Positions 28,230 to 38,458 of a stretch of DNA of 64,000 bases are shown here, one piece after another; the stretch's first letter is position 1, and each line of letters opens with the position of its first letter. The notes beneath the pieces are model-generated. The model had not been told where the DNA came from and ran no database searches. It saw only the letters and a list, made by a program, of their open reading frames with translations. The stretch spans positions 124,001-188,000 of IMG/VR virus record IMGVR_UViG_3300008954_003475; one strand, written 5' to 3'. The position numbers and the translations under genes are program-made.

Positions 28230-31200
28230 TTATTTGGTTAATTTTAGCCACAAAGCTTGCAGCTCCGTGCTTTGTATTATACCACTACGATAAATATGTC
28301 TCTTTAGATTTTCAGAATATTTTATAAGATTAAATCTGTGAAAACCTTGACGCTCTATGCCCGTAATATCTTGAGCTAATTCATTTAGCATATGATTTAT
28401 CAAATACTCACTAAGCGCCTCAGCATACTTTTGTGCTCCAATATGCTTTGTTTTTTTCAAAATCTTAACAAATCTTGCAAGCTCCTTTGGATCCTCTGGA
28501 ACAGGATAATATCTCTGAGAATTCGGTATTCCCTCAAAGGCTTCAAACGCATAAAGATCATCTGCGGTAAGAATCGTTTCCGAATCAGGATCTCTAGCCT
28601 CTTCCAGGCGCTTCTTCTTTTTGTCCGGTGCAAAGATAACGTTTAACATCTTTATATAAGCATGAGGCTCTTCAGTGTCTACATCAACCTCGCTACTTAA
28701 TCCGACCGGATAATATGAACTAGTACCCTTTACCCATGATCCAAATCTATCAAACATTTTTCCGCCTGATAAATTAACTGCAGAAGTTCGTCTTTTCGGA
28801 CTCAACCCCATCCACGGGAAGCCGTCACCCCCAGAATAAGATCCCTCATCATCGTCATCTCCGATTTTATAGCCAAACAATCTTTCGCATTCTTTTCTTG
28901 TGATGGACCCATTTCTAAAAAGCCTATTAACAGGGTCAAGCAAATCAGTTGGATCTATATATCTCCCTCCAAGCTCTTCGCCTATAAGTCTTGCTAGTTT
29001 GTCTAGCCCATGAACATTAATTAAAAATTGCTCGATAGCCTCCATAGTCTCATTGACAACCTCCGGGCCATCTTCCGCATTCCACAATTGGTGTCCGCCG
29101 AACTCTGGTCCATATTGAGGATTCATAGCCGATATCATCCTATGCATTGTAACCCAATCAACAAGCGGCAAATATGCCGAAACTCTTGGGGAAAACTTAT
29201 CTGAAGCATGGGCAGCGCCAAGGGTTCCTATACTCTTTCTGTCAACCTTTGTACCGCTCTTTGAGTTTTCAACATAGTATGGAAGCCCCCGGTATGTATT
29301 GTGCAGGCTGGATATGACCTCTTTATATCGATCCGTTATCATCCCTCTTTCAGCATCATTTGCTGCCAAGCTAAGGTCATGACTCATCTTGCTGTAAGCT
29401 AAGTTTATTTCTCTTAGCAGCGTAAAAGCAGCATCTGGAGGATCTCTAAGTAAAAAGTCTGATACATCTAACTCTATCATATCTCCCGGCCTTGAGGTCG
29501 GGAGAGATATGGGAATTCTGGCCCCAATTATTGGAAAGATCTTATTCTTCTTTGAGTCATTATTTTCATAATCCAAAGGAATTGGCACGCCAACATTATT
29601 TACCCCATTTACAGGACTAGGCGGAAACAAATTATCTGTTCCACTTCTTATCGCCAGCGGCCCAATGTGAAGGCCGGCCTGAGAGTCATATCCAAGCTCT
29701 GAATTCTGATATCCCATAACAGCCTCTTCTTCAAGAACAGCCGAAGTTCCCGGATGATATATCAAACTAACTCCAGACTTAACTCCAGCATTTGTTTTTC
29801 TATCCGCCATCTTATAGTGATCTGTTGAAACCTGATAAATCTTCCAGCCGTTTGCCCTATATTCTTCTGGCAATCTATCATAAAGATCTTCTAGCTCTAT
29901 CGACATTGGAAGATTTTTATTTGAAAGAACATATATATTGTTCAAACTTGAAGGCTCTGGAATATTAATATTAAAATCATGATAAACAGCCCCCCTGCCT
30001 GTTAGCGCAAAAATTGGATAATAATCTTCCCGCCCCTTATACTCGACCAGATATGCTCCAAACAAGGGAACCAAACTATTTGGATCAACAGGCTCAGAAT
30101 CACTAGAGCCAAAATGTTCTGCATATTTTCCATCTGAATTAAGACTTATGGTTGTTATTGGAGGATTTGACATGACATTATCAACAATCAACCTTGCCCT
30201 ATCAACATCTGCCTCTAATGCAGTAGAGCTATCCAAAACCTCATTAAACTCACCCTGGATATACTCTATAGCTTTTTTCATATATATTTGAGAAGAACAC
30301 GCTGTTCTCATTCTAAACATTTCATCCTGAAGAGCTGTTACGCAACCTACAATATTATCAAAATGCATTTCATAAAAAACATTAATCTTGTCTTCACTCA
30401 TCGTCATAGATCTAATAACTCCCGGGTCGAGACCTATTGTTAACGAGTCTAAGTTTTGACGCTCTAAGTTTAAAACCTTATCCGCACTGGACAAATCAAT
30501 CCCTATCGAATAACCTATATACTCTTTAGAGTTTAAATCACGCATATAAAAGTTATACACTCTAGATACTGCATCGGCAAGATACAAGGCAGAAGATGCC
30601 TGCAAGACTCTTGCCATGAATTCTTTCCCCTTCATCTTTGGAATCATAAGTCCAGGATTACTGCTGGACAGAATTCTGCTTTCTTGCTCTCTAGTTAAAT
30701 CCGGAACGAATGTGCTCCTAAAGTTATCTAGCAAAGTTCTTATATTATTTCCACCATAGCTCAAGGCTGCGATATGATCTAGTGCTAATCTGTTATTTTC
30801 AAACAAAGTAAGCTCATAGCTTCTAGACTCTTCTGGGCCAAGCTGGTCTGTTGCTGCGCTAATTACTGAATGCACTATATTATTCATTATCTTTTCATTA
30901 CTAATAATATCAAACGACTCGCCCCAAACCCCAATCAGCCTAAGGTCCAAGCCATCGAGTCTTTTGTAGTATTTTTCTTTAAACTTTTGCAAAGCAGAAT
31001 CTACAAGGGATGTCAACTCAATCGGAAGATCAGACCCCTCTTCGTCTTCTTGTTCAATACTTCTAACTATAACATCTATAATGGACCTAGCCGATTCAAG
31101 CATTGCATGCTCATCTGACTCTTCAAGCAAAATAGGAGACCCTATCAATGCTCCTTTTATATCCAAAGTTGTAGACATTGCGAGCCAATCCTGTATATTG

Positions 31201-34200
31201 ACAATAAAGGATTTAAGAGTCCTTCCAACGGGCGAAGTTATTCTCACAAGACCTCCCACACCGTCCTCTATCAAATCATCTTTGGCCCTATCAAATACTC
31301 CAGCGGCCTCTTGATTGTCAAACCTTTGCTTTGCAGCTTTAGTTCCAGAGTCTACACCTCTAAGCTTTCCTTCCGAATCCTTCTTTCCTCCCGGATCTAA
31401 TGCTGAGCCTCTATTCTCATCAATCACCTTTATAGTGTCTGGATCACGAGCTTCTTTTTGCCTCGTAGAGCTTAATCGGTACCCCTCTTCAGACCCCCAA
31501 AGATATTGTTTTGGTACCGCTCCAAAGCTGTATGATCCCTCTCCGTAATGATCACTAAACGCAACTCTGCTTACCTTATCTACCCTATCGACCCAGTCTT
31601 CATATGAAAGCCTTCTGTCGTCCCCACTCAATGTAGCCCATTCTTCAACCGGAACTATATAACTGCTACCATTTTTGCTTCTTAATTTAAGCGTACTCTG
31701 AAAATTATCATAACCTTCGGAAAAAAGAAGGCCAGAGTCAATTATCTCTTTCCATGTATATACCGCTCTTCTTCTGTTTCTAAGGTTAATACCCGTATGT
31801 GTTCTTCCAAAAAAGACAGAATCTTTTATTGTAAACCTATGGCTATGTGGACACACAAGTTTTATATCTCCCAATATATCCATCCTGGTCAATGCGGATT
31901 CCACGCCCTGATCGTCTGACCATTGACCAACGGAAGCGCCTAAGTTTGCCGGTGAAGCCATAGCTAATGCTAAGATATTTGAAAGCCTATTGAGTCGTCC
32001 AGACTTTTCAAGCTCGGCAACAGCAGCTGTTGGGCTTTCTATGTTTGAAACAAAAGGAAGAATATCATCAATATCTACTCCAAGGTAAATCAACGTCTCA
32101 ATCAAATTTGTCATAAAAAACTTTGAAAACTCATTATTCTCTTCAGCCTTAGACACTAAATCTTTTATAATCCCAGGCAAAGAGCCTTCTTCGTTCGCGC
32201 TTCTGCTGAACGATGACAGACTAGTTTGAGCTCCACAAACAAAATAAGACAAAGTTCCTTCTTCAATATCTGCGTAACTTCCATCTGAATTCACAGGAAG
32301 CCGAATGTGTCCTGCAGAAATTTTATCTTCAGTTACAGGGCCGGCAATAGGCGTTGCTATATAAGAATATTTCTTCATATATTCTTTATATTTTTTTCTA
32401 AATGTAAGCGGACTCCTATCCTCCTCTGGAATTACAATTCTAGCAGGACAATTAAAATACTTATTAGAAAACTTCCACCCACCGCCGCGTCTGCGTCTAA
32501 GCTCTTCAACGAAACCTAGCTTTTGCTCTTCTGTTATACTTCCAAGCTGTATAGCCTCATCCAATTGAGCCTCTAAGCGTTCTTCCGGATCCTCCTCCAT
32601 ACTTCCAAGCCTTGTGGACTGCAGACTTTCTGGCGACACCCCATGAGCATCAGGCCCCAGCAGGGGCGTTGCGTCTATGGCTAGGCCGCACTTAAACCTA
32701 GCCCTTGTCTCTGAGACCTCACCCAGACTTGATGGGCGATCTTCAATGCTTGAGTATGGACACTTATATTTAAAATTAGAAACCTCTTTCTTTCTTGTAG
32801 GAATAGGTCTTGCGCCCATCAGTCGTAACGCCCAAGATCTTCTCTGCACTCCCTCGATATGCTTTGATCTAGAACCCGAATGCACCAACGCCTCTATCTC
32901 AGACCAAGACATCGACCCCTCGCCTCTTTCGGCCAAGGTAGGCGGAGGGTCAAACGATTCAACCGCATTAAGTTCGTCCAATGTTATTAAGCTATTATCT
33001 TCGACTCTAAACAGACTATACCTATCATCTTCATATTCTGAATACTCTCTTAAATCTATCCGACTAGGCCTGCCCTCAACTCCTGGGGTATCTTGTCTTT
33101 TTCTGGTATATATCTTTGTTCCACAAATTGCACAATCAGCATAATTCCAACTAGTAGTCACAACTCCAAAGGCTTTTTTGTAAGCGCCCTCTTGAAGCAT
33201 ATTTCTCTTTATAGAACCAGCAAGATAGGTTGACAAAGAGGATCTCAACCAACCGCTGCTATCACTGCTGTTGAAAAACTTTTTTAACTTACTTGTAAGT
33301 TGATGCTCTAAATCTTCTGCATATATATTCTTCCACTCATCATATGTTTCTCGCAATTTTTTTGATAATTTATACTGATATGCTTCCGATTCTATATCTA
33401 CAAACACTAATCCTATTGCTAAATCATAAAAAAGCCTAAACAACTGTGATGTCTCATCTTTTATTACATTAGAAATCTTATATGTATCTCTAAAGTCTGA
33501 TACATCTACGCCCTGCCCTTTTAGCTTATAAACCAAGCTTAGAGCATGACTATCTCTCTTCTTTATAGCTGCAGCTATATCATCTAAAGATCCGGAGAAG
33601 GACTGCCTCTGAGTCTCAAACTCTCTAAGTCTTTGATGAAAATTTTCAAAGCTCTCTCCTGCTAACTTGCCCTTGCTTTTTCTGACTGCATTATTTAAAG
33701 AGCTCAAAGAGGAAACCAATGCCTGAATAATTCCTTGCATTTTTTCTACAGAAAAAACCAGCTTAGGCGGATCAGAAGATTCATCTACGCTAAAAGAAAC
33801 AGCGTTATCTCCAAGCTCTTCAAAGATTGGGTGAAAATTTAAAGCATTAACATTCTCATCTTCTTCTTGAGCTTTTGCCAGCCTATTTACATAAGAGTCT
33901 TCAGATTCGTCTGACTCAAAGAACTTTTGTTCTAAATTCATATTTAAATACAAATTATGTATAACAGAAATATCATCTCTTATTTTGACATTCTTCTTAA
34001 GTATGTCATCCACAGGTCGTGAAATTGGTATACCGCCTATGGTCGGCACAGGAACAGCTTCTGGCTCAGCTTCGGGCTCAGCACCTGGCTCACTCAGTGT
34101 TATGGAAATATCTGAAAAATCATCTTTAACAAAATTAGAAAAACCATATGCTACAACAAACAACTGCACGGGCTCTTCGAATGGACTAATGCTATCTAAG

Positions 34201-34595
34201 TCTAAACTAAAACCTGAAATAATCTCCGAAAGCTCTTCAGCTACAGCCTCAAGGCCCCCAGACGCAAACGCCCCTCCTAATGATTCTGTTAAATCTTTTA
34301 TAGAAAGACCGCCCTGTTCGGTTGAATCTTCCTCTATCTCGACATACTCAGGATCATCCTCATCTTCTGATTCACCACCAAAACTAGGAACCCACTCAGC
34401 GCCCTGCAAATCCTCTTCGTCTTCGTATGCGCCCTCATCTTCTAACTCTTCATCTTCATCTGCAGCGGACATCAGAACTGCCATCTCTACTGCTCTGTTA
34501 AGGTTAGAGTGTAAATTCCCCAAAGAAACAAGAAATTCATCCAGGTTGTCATCCCCTACCTGACTTATAACCACCTGTATCTTCTCGTTGTCCAT
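28230..34595 (-). CDS. giant orphan protein (2121 aa) with a sigma-region-2-like segment and several Cys motifs
   Basis: Uninterrupted ORF with AGGAGG RBS; acidic N-terminus; CAIC, KCP, KCG, NCP, VCG, VCPHSH. Confidence 0.8.
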   Translation of the reverse strand: MDNEKIQVVISQVGDDNLDEFLVSLGNLHSNLNRAVEMAVLMSAADEDEELEDEGAYEDEEDLQGAEWVPSFGGESEDEDDPEYVEIEEDSTEQGGLSIKDLTESLGGAFASGGLEAVAEELSEIISGFSLDLDSISPFEEPVQLFVVAYGFSNFVKDDFSDISITLSEPGAEPEAEPEAVPVPTIGGIPISRPVDDILKKNVKIRDDISVIHNLYLNMNLEQKFFESDESEDSYVNRLAKAQEEDENVNALNFHPIFEELGDNAVSFSVDESSDPPKLVFSVEKMQGIIQALVSSLSSLNNAVRKSKGKLAGESFENFHQRLREFETQRQSFSGSLDDIAAAIKKRDSHALSLVYKLKGQGVDVSDFRDTYKISNVIKDETSQLFRLFYDLAIGLVFVDIESEAYQYKLSKKLRETYDEWKNIYAEDLEHQLTSKLKKFFNSSDSSGWLRSSLSTYLAGSIKRNMLQEGAYKKAFGVVTTSWNYADCAICGTKIYTRKRQDTPGVEGRPSRIDLREYSEYEDDRYSLFRVEDNSLITLDELNAVESFDPPPTLAERGEGSMSWSEIEALVHSGSRSKHIEGVQRRSWALRLMGARPIPTRKKEVSNFKYKCPYSSIEDRPSSLGEVSETRARFKCGLAIDATPLLGPDAHGVSPESLQSTRLGSMEEDPEERLEAQLDEAIQLGSITEEQKLGFVEELRRRRGGGWKFSNKYFNCPARIVIPEEDRSPLTFRKKYKEYMKKYSYIATPIAGPVTEDKISAGHIRLPVNSDGSYADIEEGTLSYFVCGAQTSLSSFSRSANEEGSLPGIIKDLVSKAEENNEFSKFFMTNLIETLIYLGVDIDDILPFVSNIESPTAAVAELEKSGRLNRLSNILALAMASPANLGASVGQWSDDQGVESALTRMDILGDIKLVCPHSHRFTIKDSVFFGRTHTGINLRNRRRAVYTWKEIIDSGLLFSEGYDNFQSTLKLRSKNGSSYIVPVEEWATLSGDDRRLSYEDWVDRVDKVSRVAFSDHYGEGSYSFGAVPKQYLWGSEEGYRLSSTRQKEARDPDTIKVIDENRGSALDPGGKKDSEGKLRGVDSGTKAAKQRFDNQEAAGVFDRAKDDLIEDGVGGLVRITSPVGRTLKSFIVNIQDWLAMSTTLDIKGALIGSPILLEESDEHAMLESARSIIDVIVRSIEQEDEEGSDLPIELTSLVDSALQKFKEKYYKRLDGLDLRLIGVWGESFDIISNEKIMNNIVHSVISAATDQLGPEESRSYELTLFENNRLALDHIAALSYGGNNIRTLLDNFRSTFVPDLTREQESRILSSSNPGLMIPKMKGKEFMARVLQASSALYLADAVSRVYNFYMRDLNSKEYIGYSIGIDLSSADKVLNLERQNLDSLTIGLDPGVIRSMTMSEDKINVFYEMHFDNIVGCVTALQDEMFRMRTACSSQIYMKKAIEYIQGEFNEVLDSSTALEADVDRARLIVDNVMSNPPITTISLNSDGKYAEHFGSSDSEPVDPNSLVPLFGAYLVEYKGREDYYPIFALTGRGAVYHDFNINIPEPSSLNNIYVLSNKNLPMSIELEDLYDRLPEEYRANGWKIYQVSTDHYKMADRKTNAGVKSGVSLIYHPGTSAVLEEEAVMGYQNSELGYDSQAGLHIGPLAIRSGTDNLFPPSPVNGVNNVGVPIPLDYENNDSKKNKIFPIIGARIPISLPTSRPGDMIELDVSDFLLRDPPDAAFTLLREINLAYSKMSHDLSLAANDAERGMITDRYKEVISSLHNTYRGLPYYVENSKSGTKVDRKSIGTLGAAHASDKFSPRVSAYLPLVDWVTMHRMISAMNPQYGPEFGGHQLWNAEDGPEVVNETMEAIEQFLINVHGLDKLARLIGEELGGRYIDPTDLLDPVNRLFRNGSITRKECERLFGYKIGDDDDEGSYSGGDGFPWMGLSPKRRTSAVNLSGGKMFDRFGSWVKGTSSYYPVGLSSEVDVDTEEPHAYIKMLNVIFAPDKKKKRLEEARDPDSETILTADDLYAFEAFEGIPNSQRYYPVPEDPKELARFVKILKKTKHIGAQKYAEALSEYLINHMLNELAQDITGIERQGFHRFNLIKYSENLKRHIYRSGIIQSTELQALWLKLTK

Positions 34596-34604
34596 GCGCC
34601 TCCT

Positions 34605-35954
34605 CTACTCTCCAAGCTTTTTAACTTTCTCTACCCTATCAATCCTATCTTTATCTTGTAAAGTAATAGGATGAAAAAGACTTTTATAATCATCTCTTAT
34701 TTCTTTTATTAGTAAATCAATCCAGCCGCAAGCTTCTTTGATATGTTCCGACTCAGACCTTGTTGCGGCAATAAGTATTTTACTAGACTCAGAACAAATA
34801 GACATCTTTCCTTTATCCATTTTATTTATTTTATCTAAGATTGAAAGATTCCCAAAGTCAATACCATCAACGAGCGGTTCGTCCTCTAATTCAAAAAGTG
34901 ATAATGCCTCTCTTAATAAGAAATTATTATCTATATTTTGATTAAATGCCCATACTGGCTTTGAGGCTATTGCTTTGTAATAATCATTATTTATACTAAG
35001 ATTAAAAAATTCTTTTTCCATAATACTATTTATGGAAATACCGTTATTTGTCCAAAGATCTAAATACAAAAGATTTATAGCCTCATTTCCAATACGGCGA
35101 ATTGGAGTGACCATCGCAACTCCTCTTTTGATATTTTTTTTATTTACTGGCCTCTTATTTTTGCCAAAAAAAACCTTATCTTTTGTAAGAACTCTTTTTA
35201 GACAATAGCTATCCGGATATTTGTCTACTACGTTTACTAATGGATAAATGGTATGAACAAAATTATTATGCCCTAATGTTCCATTTATTAACAAAGGAAC
35301 TTCTTTAATCCCATTGTTATAATGATTAAAAAGTTCATACTTAATATCTGTAAAAAAATTATCAAGAGATTTTCTTAATTCATCATATAACTCAAAAGAC
35401 ATTTGACCTATCGCAAGAAGGGGTCCAATTTTTTTTGTTTTATGATAAATAAATCTAGAAAGACAATATAACAAGATCTGTATTCTTGCCCGCTTTTTCG
35501 CCAAACTAACGCCCTCTGTCTCGGACAGGCTATCTATTCCTGCCGGTATTATTTCATCGGCATTCTTTAATTTAGACTTTATATATTCATTTTGTAATAA
35601 ATTAATTTCTTTTATTTTTATATCCAATAAATATTTATACAAATCTTCATAATACTCATTCTTCTTTTTCAAAGAAGATATATGACGATCAGAAACAAGT
35701 CTTGTTTTTGTTACTATATTTTTGGAAAAGTTCCTTTCGAACTGCGACCTATCTGTCTTAAACAAAGACATAGCATGCTTTAATTCATCTAGATCTTTAA
35801 AGCTATTTTTTTCAAAAGGATAATCAATAAAATCTTTTTCTATTGAAATCAATCTATACTTATATTCTTTATTTGTTCTCTCTTCCAATAAGGAAATTTT
35901 GTATCTAGAAATATCCTTTTCATCTTTTATATATTTTAAAAAATCATCATTCAT
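34605..35954 (-). CDS. hypothetical protein (AT-rich, Lys-rich)
   Basis: 449-aa ORF between the sigma factor and the giant ORF; no motif recognised. Confidence 0.7.
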   Translation of the reverse strand: MNDDFLKYIKDEKDISRYKISLLEERTNKEYKYRLISIEKDFIDYPFEKNSFKDLDELKHAMSLFKTDRSQFERNFSKNIVTKTRLVSDRHISSLKKKNEYYEDLYKYLLDIKIKEINLLQNEYIKSKLKNADEIIPAGIDSLSETEGVSLAKKRARIQILLYCLSRFIYHKTKKIGPLLAIGQMSFELYDELRKSLDNFFTDIKYELFNHYNNGIKEVPLLINGTLGHNNFVHTIYPLVNVVDKYPDSYCLKRVLTKDKVFFGKNKRPVNKKNIKRGVAMVTPIRRIGNEAINLLYLDLWTNNGISINSIMEKEFFNLSINNDYYKAIASKPVWAFNQNIDNNFLLREALSLFELEDEPLVDGIDFGNLSILDKINKMDKGKMSICSESSKILIAATRSESEHIKEACGWIDLLIKEIRDDYKSLFHPITLQDKDRIDRVEKVKKLGE

Positions 35955-35956
35955 TT

Positions 35957-36754
35957 TTAATCAAGATATTCTGCCAATAAGTCTTTTATTATTTTATATC
36001 TATCAAGCTTCTTAAGCCTCATGCTTGCGGCCCAACCGGTGAGGCCCACCTTCTTTGCTGCATCTTTTATAGAAAAACCCTCAAGGCATACCATCTTTAA
36101 TATTTCAGCTGTCTTATTATCTATTATCTCTGATAATCTTTCTATAGCAATCTCAAGATCGATCCGGTCATAGACGGTGGTGGTGTCTGCATACAAACTA
36201 TCCGTTTCTGCCAAAGAGCTTTGAAACTCGGCATACTCTTCTCCGCTTCCAGGATCTGTTTTCGGCATAGAACTGAAAACAAGTTCTTCTCTAGATTTTC
36301 TATAATTTGGCTTATACTCCTGATTGCACTGTTCGCAAAGATGTCTTGAAACAACAGAATTGTTTTTTGGATTTCTTATCTTCTTAAGAGCTATAAGGCC
36401 ACCGCATTCGCATAGGTCTCCAGCTATTTTCTCATAAAGACTAAAGGCATCATTTGACAACTTATTAACACTCTTTATTTTTGAAACTAATTTATTTCTA
36501 AGATGCGTATGAAGAAAGGTGCTAAGCTTAACATTCTTACTTGTGTCAAAAGCATTTATACCCTCTATAATTATTATAGATAATTCTTGCTTTATATCTT
36601 CAAAGTTATATCCTGGCATATATGTTTTAGATGCCCACTTGCAAAGCAATGGATCAATTCTTTCAAGAACCCTGTTATACCCTTGCTTGGTGGTGGTATT
36701 AACATAAACATCTTCATCATACATTCTAACCACACCTTCATATTCACGCTTCAT
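35957..36754 (-). CDS. sigma-70-family sigma factor with a Zn-ribbon insertion
   Basis: Region 2 EDIKQEL..FDTSKNVKLSTFLHTHLRN; CECG..CEQC insert; region 4 ILKMVCLEGFSIKDAAKKVGLT. Start moved to ATG 36754 (AGGAG RBS). Confidence 0.85.
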   Translation of the reverse strand: MKREYEGVVRMYDEDVYVNTTTKQGYNRVLERIDPLLCKWASKTYMPGYNFEDIKQELSIIIIEGINAFDTSKNVKLSTFLHTHLRNKLVSKIKSVNKLSNDAFSLYEKIAGDLCECGGLIALKKIRNPKNNSVVSRHLCEQCNQEYKPNYRKSREELVFSSMPKTDPGSGEEYAEFQSSLAETDSLYADTTTVYDRIDLEIAIERLSEIIDNKTAEILKMVCLEGFSIKDAAKKVGLTGWAASMRLKKLDRYKIIKDLLAEYLD

Positions 36755-36762
36755 ATAAACTC

Positions 36763-37527
36763 CTATTCTGCCCAAGCATCTTGGCATATCGGCTTGTAAT
36801 CACACCACCTGCAAAGTGCCGATGGTTTTTTAACCCAGGTTGAATCAGTATCGATAAAACCTGCTCTTTTTATAATATTCTTCTCACAACTCTTTAGATC
36901 ATCCATTGTGAACGTGTAATCATAAGACTTGCAGTCATGCTTTAACATGATGAAAGAACCATGAACAATCTTAACATCTTTAAACCTTCGCCTTAAAGCT
37001 TCCGAATAAACAAGCAGCTGAAAATCTGTCAAGTACTTGGCGTTCTTGCTAGTCTTATAATCAACAACTCTATATTCTCCCGGGCCGACCAAGTCAACCC
37101 TGTCAATAAAGCCTCTAATCAAAGTGTTCTGATCTGTTTTGAAATTAAATGGCATCTCGATACCAATAACATTGGGAGTGCCTTCGGCTCTGATCTTATC
37201 CAAATAAGTTTGCATAATGCCCCTGAGACAAACTAGCCCTGGAGTGTCCCCATTTGGAGTCCAAACACGTTCCTCAAGAAGATTTATATCAAACTCTTTA
37301 ACGGCAGTCTTGAAACATTCTTTCATCAGAATAGAATATTGATTCTCGCCTATTTTTTCTTCTTTTATTTTTTTATGGAAAAGCTCTAAAACCCTATGCG
37401 CGCAAGAGCCAAACTCTGTAAACCCCCACTTTTGCTGGGGTAAATCAGGCTTTTCTATATATCTATAATGATATTTCTTAGGACACTTCTCATAGGTATC
37501 CATTGATGATACAGATAATTTTAACAA
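36763..37527 (-). CDS. PD-(D/E)XK exonuclease (RecB/AddB/Cas4-like, Fe-S type)
   Basis: CPKKY, GSCAH..LE, GFIDRVD, VVDYKT, QLLVY, CRWCDYKPIC. Confidence 0.9.
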   Translation of the reverse strand: MLKLSVSSMDTYEKCPKKYHYRYIEKPDLPQQKWGFTEFGSCAHRVLELFHKKIKEEKIGENQYSILMKECFKTAVKEFDINLLEERVWTPNGDTPGLVCLRGIMQTYLDKIRAEGTPNVIGIEMPFNFKTDQNTLIRGFIDRVDLVGPGEYRVVDYKTSKNAKYLTDFQLLVYSEALRRRFKDVKIVHGSFIMLKHDCKSYDYTFTMDDLKSCEKNIIKRAGFIDTDSTWVKKPSALCRWCDYKPICQDAWAE

Positions 37528-37549
37528 AACAAACTCCTTAAAAGATTTT

Positions 37550-38425
37550 TTAGAACAACTGACTCATAGCCCGATCCTGTATCCACCTATAAACAAATTT
37601 GGATCCTACATTCGGGCCAACACTTAACTCTGTCCGCTCTATCTTCTGAATTGATTTAATCCATCTAGACTCTAAACTTTCCCAGTAATAAGAAATATAT
37701 ATTCCAGTCGATGGATTGTAATAACTTCTAACATAGTTCCCCGTCACAATAGGCTCTTGTTGCCCAAGTCTTTCTTCATAGAATTTACTTGTGGGCCCAA
37801 AAGTACTATAAGGACGATTCACTATCTTGACAACTTGATTTTCAAATTTAGCATCAGTTGATCCATCTATGATTATAAATCTAGCACTTGGATCAAATTC
37901 TACATTATCATTTGGCGTTGACTCTACAGTCTCTATACTTATGGGCGAAGATTCTGAAAAGTTAACAAAAGGAATAGAAGTCTTTTTGTCATCCAACATT
38001 ACTCCTCCAGAGTCTGTTCTGGAGGCTTTTATCTCTAAGTCTGAAAACGCAACAGCTACCTCTTGAGCTTCATTTCCATCAGCATCAAATGACAGACTGT
38101 CTACAACCTCTGCCCCATAAGAAAGAATAGAAATACCTTCATCTCCTAAGTACCTCGGACCATCAAGATCAGTTGAATCTGTTTTGTACTCTTCTTCAAG
38201 AATAGCAGATGAATCATCTAAAGATATAGCAATTGCTTTCAATGTAAAAGCAGAACCATTTGTTGGCAGATACACATTGTCAACCGCTATTAAAGAAGTT
38301 TCGTCCGGGTCTGTTCCGTCCAAAGTATAATATACCGTTGCTGGATTGCTTGTTGAAAAAGAAACATATTCTGGAAAACCAGAAATATATTCAACAGTGC
38401 TTTCTTCTAAAGTTAATACTATCAT
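37550..38425 (-). CDS. protein with an N-terminal chitobiase/Fn3-like (CHB_HEX_C-type) domain, probably structural
   Basis: VSFSTSNPATVYYTLDGTDPDETS..TLKAIA. Confidence 0.65.
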   Translation of the reverse strand: MIVLTLEESTVEYISGFPEYVSFSTSNPATVYYTLDGTDPDETSLIAVDNVYLPTNGSAFTLKAIAISLDDSSAILEEEYKTDSTDLDGPRYLGDEGISILSYGAEVVDSLSFDADGNEAQEVAVAFSDLEIKASRTDSGGVMLDDKKTSIPFVNFSESSPISIETVESTPNDNVEFDPSARFIIIDGSTDAKFENQVVKIVNRPYSTFGPTSKFYEERLGQQEPIVTGNYVRSYYNPSTGIYISYYWESLESRWIKSIQKIERTELSVGPNVGSKFVYRWIQDRAMSQLF

Positions 38426-38458
38426 ATTATCCTCACATGTTATGAGAAAATTAGCAGA

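Noticed and set aside
28230-34595. Phage multisubunit RNA polymerase subunit or tape measure protein
   Set aside because: No DxDGD catalytic motif and no periodic Ala/Gly-rich helical repeats were seen.
36763-37527. CRISPR-Cas locus (Cas4-like gene)
   Set aside because: No other cas genes and no repeat-spacer array; solo Cas4/RecB-like nucleases are common in phages.
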